Of a stretch of 64,000 nucleotides of DNA, positions 58,189-64,000 are shown in pieces (the stretch's first letter is position 1; every line of letters starts with the position of its first letter). This stretch comes from an uncultured Paenibacillaceae bacterium (GTDB lineage: Bacteria; Bacillota; Bacilli; Paenibacillales; DA-C8). The position numbers and the translations under genes were made by a program. The notes beneath the pieces are model-generated. The model was not told where the DNA came from and did not search any database. It was given only the letters and a program-made list of their open reading frames with translations. The DNA lies in NCBI GenBank assembly GCA_963755735.1, contig CAVWLN010000021.1:9789-73788 (forward strand), read 5' to 3'.

Positions 58189-58311
58189 CCAAGAGACGCG
58201 CGTCGACTCTTTCCGTTGCTGAACAAACGGTTGTAGAAATCCGAATACACGCCAAGTCAGGATAGGGAACACGAACAGGCGAATAACCGATCGATGTAAG
58301 TCTACCCCTGT

Positions 58312-59508
58312 TCAACCTTCCTTCACAGTTGCTTTCGATTGTGCGAAGAAAGCTTGAATCGCTAGCGAGGCGGCGCCAATGGCAGCTGACTTCATACCGA
58401 GTCTGGAAAATTCGATCATCACTTTCCTGTGGTGATACGGAAGACTGCGCTGTTCGACGGTATTCAGTACGGATGGCTCAATCCATGGCTGAATCATGGA
58501 CAGTCTGTTGCCGATCATGACGAGCTCCGGATTGAAGGTGTTGATCACATTCGCGATGCCGACGCCCAAATAGTTGCCGACCTGCTCGAACAGCCCGATG
58601 ACGCGCGAATCGCCTTTTTCCGCGCGCGTGATGAGCATGTCCAAGGTCGGCTCCCCGCCGTAATGCTCGATTTCGTCGCCAAGGCGCCGCATGGCTTCGT
58701 TAAGCAACGCATTTTCGGAAGCGTACAGCTCCCAACATCCGCGATTGCCGCACGTACAAGGCACGCCTTCCATATGAATCGTCATATGGCCCATTTCTCC
58801 GGAAAATCCGGAAAATCCACGATATATGGCGTTGTTGACGATGATGCCTACCCCGATTCCGATGCCGGCACTTACGTAGATCATATTTTTCGCGTGGCGC
58901 GTATCGCCGAATGATCGTTCGCCGATCGCCCCGGCGTTTGCTTCATTCTCGATAACTATCGGCAGCTGGAATGCTTGCTCAAGCCTGCCTTTCAGATCGA
59001 TCTTGCGCCATTTCAAATTCGGTGCGGATAGCACCTCTCCCTCATCATTGATAAGCCCCGGCACACCAATGCCTATACCGACTATGCCATACGGCGATGG
59101 CGGCGCACCATCAATCGCCCAACGAATGGAATCCGTCAGCTCCTGCCACACGTACTCAAATTCCATTCGCTCTAGTGGAACCCTGCGTTCCTTCTTGATC
59201 GCTCCTTGCAAATCCGTCAGCACGGTCAAGATATAATTCACACCCAGGTCAATGCCTACGGCATGCCCGGCTTCATTGTTAAACAACAGCATGACAGGCT
59301 TGCGGCCGCCGCTAGATTCTCCGGGACCTGTCTCACATACGAGCTGGCTATCGATTAGCTCATGAACGAGATTCGATACGGTCGCCTTGTTGAGCCCGGT
59401 TATCTCTGATATTGCAGCCCGCGAAACGGGCGCATCCGCAATAATCGTCTCGAGGACGATCGATTTATTTAACTTCTTCATTAAGTGTAAATCTCCGGTA
59501 ACTTTCAC
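58312..59508 (-). CDS. xylR: Xylose repressor (ROK family with HTH)
   Basis: SRAAISEITGLNKATVS, GGRKP, ENEANAGAIGE, GEMGH, CTCGNRGCWELYASE; divergent from xylA. Confidence 0.92.
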   Translation of the reverse strand: MKVTGDLHLMKKLNKSIVLETIIADAPVSRAAISEITGLNKATVSNLVHELIDSQLVCETGPGESSGGRKPVMLLFNNEAGHAVGIDLGVNYILTVLTDLQGAIKKERRVPLERMEFEYVWQELTDSIRWAIDGAPPSPYGIVGIGIGVPGLINDEGEVLSAPNLKWRKIDLKGRLEQAFQLPIVIENEANAGAIGERSFGDTRHAKNMIYVSAGIGIGVGIIVNNAIYRGFSGFSGEMGHMTIHMEGVPCTCGNRGCWELYASENALLNEAMRRLGDEIEHYGGEPTLDMLITRAEKGDSRVIGLFEQVGNYLGVGIANVINTFNPELVMIGNRLSMIQPWIEPSVLNTVEQRSLPYHHRKVMIEFSRLGMKSAAIGAASLAIQAFFAQSKATVKEG

Positions 59509-59592
59509 ATGCCCACCTCGTCTGAAATACTCGTTCCTTATGTTCAGATACACCTAATCTTAACTGATTTACAATGAAAAATATATTGCTAA

Positions 59593-59636
59593 ACTTAGTT
59601 TATCGTATCGACAAACTAAGTCAAGAGTGGTATGAT
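59593..59636. promoter_or_regulatory. XylR operator overlapping divergent xylA/xylR promoters
   Basis: Palindrome ACTTAGTTT-N11-AAACTAAGT; + strand TCGACA-N17-TATGAT; - strand TTGACT-N16-TAAACT. Confidence 0.85.
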
Positions 59637-59692
59637 AAAAACAGGTTAAGCATCCTAGATCAGAACGATCATAATCAATTGGAGGGATTTCG

Positions 59693-61010
59693 ATGGCATA
59701 TTTTGAAAGCGTTGGCAAGGTACAGTACGAAGGCAGAGACAGCAACAATCCACTCGCATTCAAACACTACAATCCGAGTCAAACCGTACTCGGCAAGACG
59801 ATGGAGGAACATTTGAGATTCGCCGTGGCCTACTGGCATACGTTTACGGCGAACGGTTCCGACCCGTTCGGTGTAGGCACCATGATACGTCCTTGGGATC
59901 GCTATACCGATATGGATTTGGCGAAGGCACGCGTAGAAGCTTCTTTTGAATTTTATGAGAAGATCGGCGCGCCGTACTTTTGCTTCCATGACCGCGACAT
60001 CGCTCCGGAAGGAAGCAATCTGAAGGAAACAAACCGCAATCTTGATGAAATCGTAGCGCTGATCAAAGAACACATGAAGACAAGCAATGTAAAGCTGCTG
60101 TGGAATACGGCGAATATGTTCACCAATCCGAGATTCGTGTTCGGTGCAGCAACTACGTCTAACGCAGATGTATATGCTTATGCCGCAGCGCAAGTGAAGA
60201 AGGCGCTTGAGCACGCCGTTGAGCTTGGTGCAGAGAACTATGTATTCTGGGGCGGCCGTGAAGGATACGAGTCACTGCTTGAACACGGACATGGAGTTAG
60301 AGCTCGACAATCTGGCTCGCTTCTATCACATGGCTGTCGATTATGCGAAGGAGATCGGATTTAAAGGTCAATTCCTGATCGAGCCGAAGCCGAAGGAGCC
60401 GACGAAGCACCAATATGACTTCGATGCTGCGACGACGATTGCATTTTTGCAAAAGTACGGACTGCAAGACCATTTCAAGCTGAATCTGGAAGCGAACCAT
60501 GCGACACTGGCTGGACATACGTTCGAGCATGAGCTGCGTGTAGCTCGTATTAACGGTATGCTCGGTTCGATCGATGCGAACCAAGGTGACCTGTTGCTCG
60601 GCTGGGATACGGACGAATTCCCGACTGATCTGTATGCTGTTACTCTTGCGATGTTTGAAATACTGAAGAATGGTGGACTTGCTCCAGGTGGTGTCAACTT
60701 TGACGCTAAGGTTCGCCGTCAATCGTTCGAGCCGGAAGACTTGTTCTATGCACATATCGCCGGCATGGACAGCTTCGCAATCGGCCTTAAGGTTGCTGCC
60801 AAGCTGATCGAAGATAAGGTAATTGACAATATTCTTGATGAGCGGTATGCGTCCTTCAAGACGGGTATCGGTGCAGACATTGTTGCAGGCAAGGCGAACT
60901 TCAAGACGCTGGAGGAATATGCGCTTAACAACAGCGAGATCAAGGTTCAATCCGGTCGCTTGGAGCGAGTGCGCGACATCATCAATCAATATTTGTTGAG
61001 CGTAGAATAA
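59693..61010 (+). CDS. xylA: Xylose isomerase (one apparent indel ~60280)
   Basis: [48 protein letters not shown]. Confidence 0.95.
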
Positions 61011-61027
61011 GAAGCACAGTACGGTAC

Positions 61028-61099
61028 AGAGGATATCCATTTCATCCGGCGGGTGGATGCGGGTATCCTCTTGCTCTATCACAATGTAAAAGCGCTAAC
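61028..61099 (+). promoter_or_regulatory. xylA-xylB intergenic hairpin followed by a cre-like site
   Basis: AGAGGATATCC...GGGTATCCTCT stem; TGTAAAAGCGCTAAC loosely matches the CcpA cre consensus. Confidence 0.4.
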
Positions 61100-61167
61100 T
61101 TTCTTTACTATCACCAGTTCATGAACGTGTCGTTGAAATGGACATGAAGGAAAGGGGACGAGGAAGC

Positions 61168-62666
61168 ATGAAATACGTAATGGGTGTTGACTTAGGGACG
61201 AGCGCGGTAAAAGTATTGCTTGTCGGCAAGGATGGCAAAGTAGCCGCTGAAGCCTCCGAATCGTATCCGCTTATGCAGCCGCGCTCTGGCTACAGTGAGC
61301 AAGATCCAGAGGAATGGGTGCGCGGTACACTTGCGGCCATGGCAGCGGTGATGAAGCAGTCCGCTGCTAAGCCTGAGCAGGTTGAAGGAATTAGCTTCTC
61401 CGGTCAAATGCACGGGCTCGTACTATTGGACGGCAACATGCAGCCGCTTCGTCATGCGATATTGTGGAATGACACTAGGACGACTGCGCAGTGCCGGCAG
61501 ATCGAAGCTGTGCTTGGCGATGACCTGCTGAAAGTGACCAAAAATCCGGCCTTGGAAGGCTTTACTTTACCGAAGATATTGTGGGTGAAGGAGCATGAGC
61601 CGGAAATTTTCGCTAAGGCGAAAATGTTCTTGCTACCGAAAGATTATTTACGCTACCGGTTGACTGGAGAAGTGCATATGGATTATTCGGATGCAGCCGG
61701 CACGTTGATGCTCGATGTGGCGAACAAGAAGTGGAGCTCTCGCGTATTGGAAGCCTTCGGACTTCCGGCATCACTATGTCCGCCGCTCGTCGAATCGCAT
61801 GCGCATGTAGGGAACTTGCTTGCTGACTTAGCGCAGCAGACGGGGCTGTCGGACAGCACGCGCGTATTCGCCGGGGGAGCGGACAATGCTTGCGGTGCGA
61901 TCGGCTCGGGAATTTTAAGCCCGGGATTAACGATGGCAAGCATCGGCACTTCGGGGGTTGTCCTATCCTACGAAGAGCAGCGCGATAAGGATTTTGCGGG
62001 GAAGGTTCACTTCTTTAATCATGGTAAGCAGGATGCTTTCTATGCGATGGGTGTGACACTCGGCGCTGGATATCAGCGTGAGCTGGTTCAAGAATACATT
62101 TGCCCCGGACAAAAGCTACGAACAATTGCTTGCTCAGGTGAGTCAAGTGCCAGCAGGCTCGAAACGGGCTTCTATTTACGCCATATCTAGTCGGGGAACG
62201 TACTCCGCATGCCGATGCTAAGATTCGCGCCAGCTTTATCGGCATGGACGGTTCCCATACGATCCACGAATTCGCGCGAGCCGTGATGGAAGGCATCACC
62301 TTCTCACTTGCGAAGTCGATTGAGATGTTCCGGGAAGCGGGATCGAGGTCAAGCGGATCGTCTCGATTGGCGGCGGTGCGAAAAATGAAGATTGGCTGCA
62401 TATCCAAGCGAATATTTTCAATGCGGAGATCGTCCAGCTCTCTAATGAGCAGGGGCCGGGCATGGGAGCTGCGATGCTTGCTGCTCTAGGCTGCGGATGG
62501 TTCGATACTTTAGAGCAGTGTGCAGAGCAATTCATCGAATATACGAAGACGTACAGAGCCTGATCCGGAGACAGTGCAGAAATACGCTGAACTGTTCGAG
62601 GTTTATAAGGACGTGTACGCGAAGACCAAGCCGTTAAACGATCGATTCGTGTCGTTTAGACCTTAA
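61168..62666 (+). CDS. xylB: Xylulokinase (several apparent indels in the 3' half)
   Basis: [46 protein letters not shown]. Confidence 0.93.
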
Positions 62667-62701
62667 TTCAAGCAGTCATGTAAGTTTGATGGCAAGTGAG
62701 C

Positions 62702-62730
62702 GTATATCATCTTCTTTACTGAACATACTA
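62702..62730 (+). promoter_or_regulatory. Putative sigma-G-type (forespore) promoter
   Basis: GTATA-N17-CATACTA. Confidence 0.55.
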
Positions 62731-62772
62731 ACTTTAGCCAATACAAAAACAGTAAAGGATAGGTGATAGTTA

Positions 62773-62979
62773 ATGGCGAGACTTGCTCTGGTGCTCATGA
62801 TCATCGGATCTATTAATTGGCTGCTGGTCGGACTGTTCGAGTGGGATCTAGTCACGGCTATATTCGGCGGGGAAGTTCTTCGGGAATCTTCGCTGTTAAG
62901 CAGAATTATTTATGGATTAGTCGGACTTGCCGGATTGTATGGCATCTCACTGCTATTCCGTGAACGATCAGAAGCGTAA
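62773..62979 (+). CDS. DUF378 small membrane protein (YuzA-like)
   Basis: IIGSINWLLVGLFEWDLV...RIIYGLVGLAG. Confidence 0.85.
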   Translation: MARLALVLMIIGSINWLLVGLFEWDLVTAIFGGEVLRESSLLSRIIYGLVGLAGLYGISLLFRERSEA

Positions 62980-63187
62980 GCAGCAGTCGGTATCGGCAAG
63001 CGCTTGAATGCCATATGTAAGGAAGCGTGCGAAAGCTGTTTTCTCAACGCAGAGCAATAATATGCGGGGGGAGCAGCTTTTTTGTGTGCAGTCGATCTCC
63101 AGATGCTCCGTTTTGCTGCCGTCGTATAGATTGTCGGAGTTTGCAAATAATGAGGAGTGTTCGGAAAAATATGCTGGAGGTGGAACG

Positions 63188-63743
63188 ATGAAATTCATGC
63201 TGCTCATGTCCACATTACTTGCACTAGGTGCGGGAATCACGCAGATCGCTTATCCGCGCAAACGATGGACGAAGCATCCGCCAACCGTCAAGTACAGACG
63301 GAGCTTGTGAATACAGCGGGCAAGGCGATTCGGTAAAGCCGTCATTATGCAAGCGGCTCATGGAGTGTTGATCCACTTGGAAGCTTCTGGCTTGCCGCCG
63401 GGCTGGCATGCGCTGCATGTGCATGAGTTCGGAGCTTGCGAAGCGCCTGACTTCGATTCTTCCGGCGGACACTTCAATCCAACGAATCGCGAGCACGGGT
63501 TTGATAACCCGAACGGTTATCATGCCGGCGATTTGCCTAACGTTTATGTAGATGCCAACGGCGCGCTTCGCGTGGAGTTATTTACAGGATCAATTAACTT
63601 TGGACAAAGGGCGGCCGAATTCCTTGCTTAAAGAAGGCGGCACCGCTCTTGTCATCCATGAAGGCGCAGATGATTATCGAACGAATCCGGCCGGCGGCGC
63701 CGGCAAACGACTGGCATGCGGCGTCATCTCAGCGGAGCGATGA
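63188..63743 (+). CDS. Exported Cu/Zn superoxide dismutase-family protein (apparent indels)
   Basis: Signal peptide; GWHALHVHE, GGHFNP, HAGDLPN, LVIHEGADD, GKRLACGVI. Confidence 0.85.
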
Positions 63744-63765
63744 GATGACGCAGCCAATATCTATA

Positions 63766-63860
63766 TTAATAAACAAAAGCCCGAGTAATGATCACCAGTA
63801 AGATGAAGAAGTTACCAGGATCGCACCTGTGCTGGTGTAACCGTCTGTAACAGCGCCCAT
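63766..63860 (-). CDS. YjcZ-family small sporulation protein (apparent indel)
   Basis: GGAGG RBS; MGAVTDGYTSTGAILV-LFILLVIITRAFVY; sigma-E-like CATATGAT upstream. Confidence 0.7.
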
Positions 63861-64000
63861 GATATGACCTCCTTCCTGCAAGGATAGTACTATCATATGC
63901 ACACGCTGCGTTTGGGTATAGATGTTTGTCTCGCATGCGTTCATCATTGGTCGAGTGCCTATGTTCTTAACTGAAATCTTATCGCCTGATTACAGGAGCC

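Overview
A 64-kb chromosomal segment from a spore-forming Bacillota member, most consistent with Paenibacillaceae (inference from gene content, T-boxes and sigma-G/E-like promoters). Layout: (1) 1-19 kb is a carbohydrate locus with an AraC regulator, a GH31 alpha-xylosidase-like enzyme, two mirror-ordered YesM/YesN + sugar-ABC modules, a GH95 alpha-fucosidase and a ROK kinase. (2) 19-34 kb holds an MFS pump, a 7TM diguanylate cyclase, nfo, purU, tkt, pgi, yigZ, a c-di-GMP-I-type riboswitch ahead of an EAL phosphodiesterase, and a B12 radical SAM gene. (3) 34-38 kb is an AT-rich island with a small ORF, three membrane proteins and an ABC ATPase. (4) 38-53 kb holds tRNA-modification genes, the L20 leader-infC-rpmI-rplT operon, T-box ilvBNC, T-box leuA-leuB and gcvH. 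(5) 53-64 kb holds a CPA2 antiporter, sigI-rsgI, xylR/xylAB and sporulation-type genes. Many core genes, including infC, rpmI and rplT, are broken by indels, most likely sequencing/assembly error. No tRNA, rRNA, cas, transposase or integrase was recognised. The most unusual signals are three intergenic arrays with different sequences but the same ~50-52-bp period of 20-28-bp units, an A20 variant of the c-di-GMP-I riboswitch with a repeat element between its promoter and aptamer, and the small-ORF/three-permease ABC island. All calls are by eye; no database search was run.
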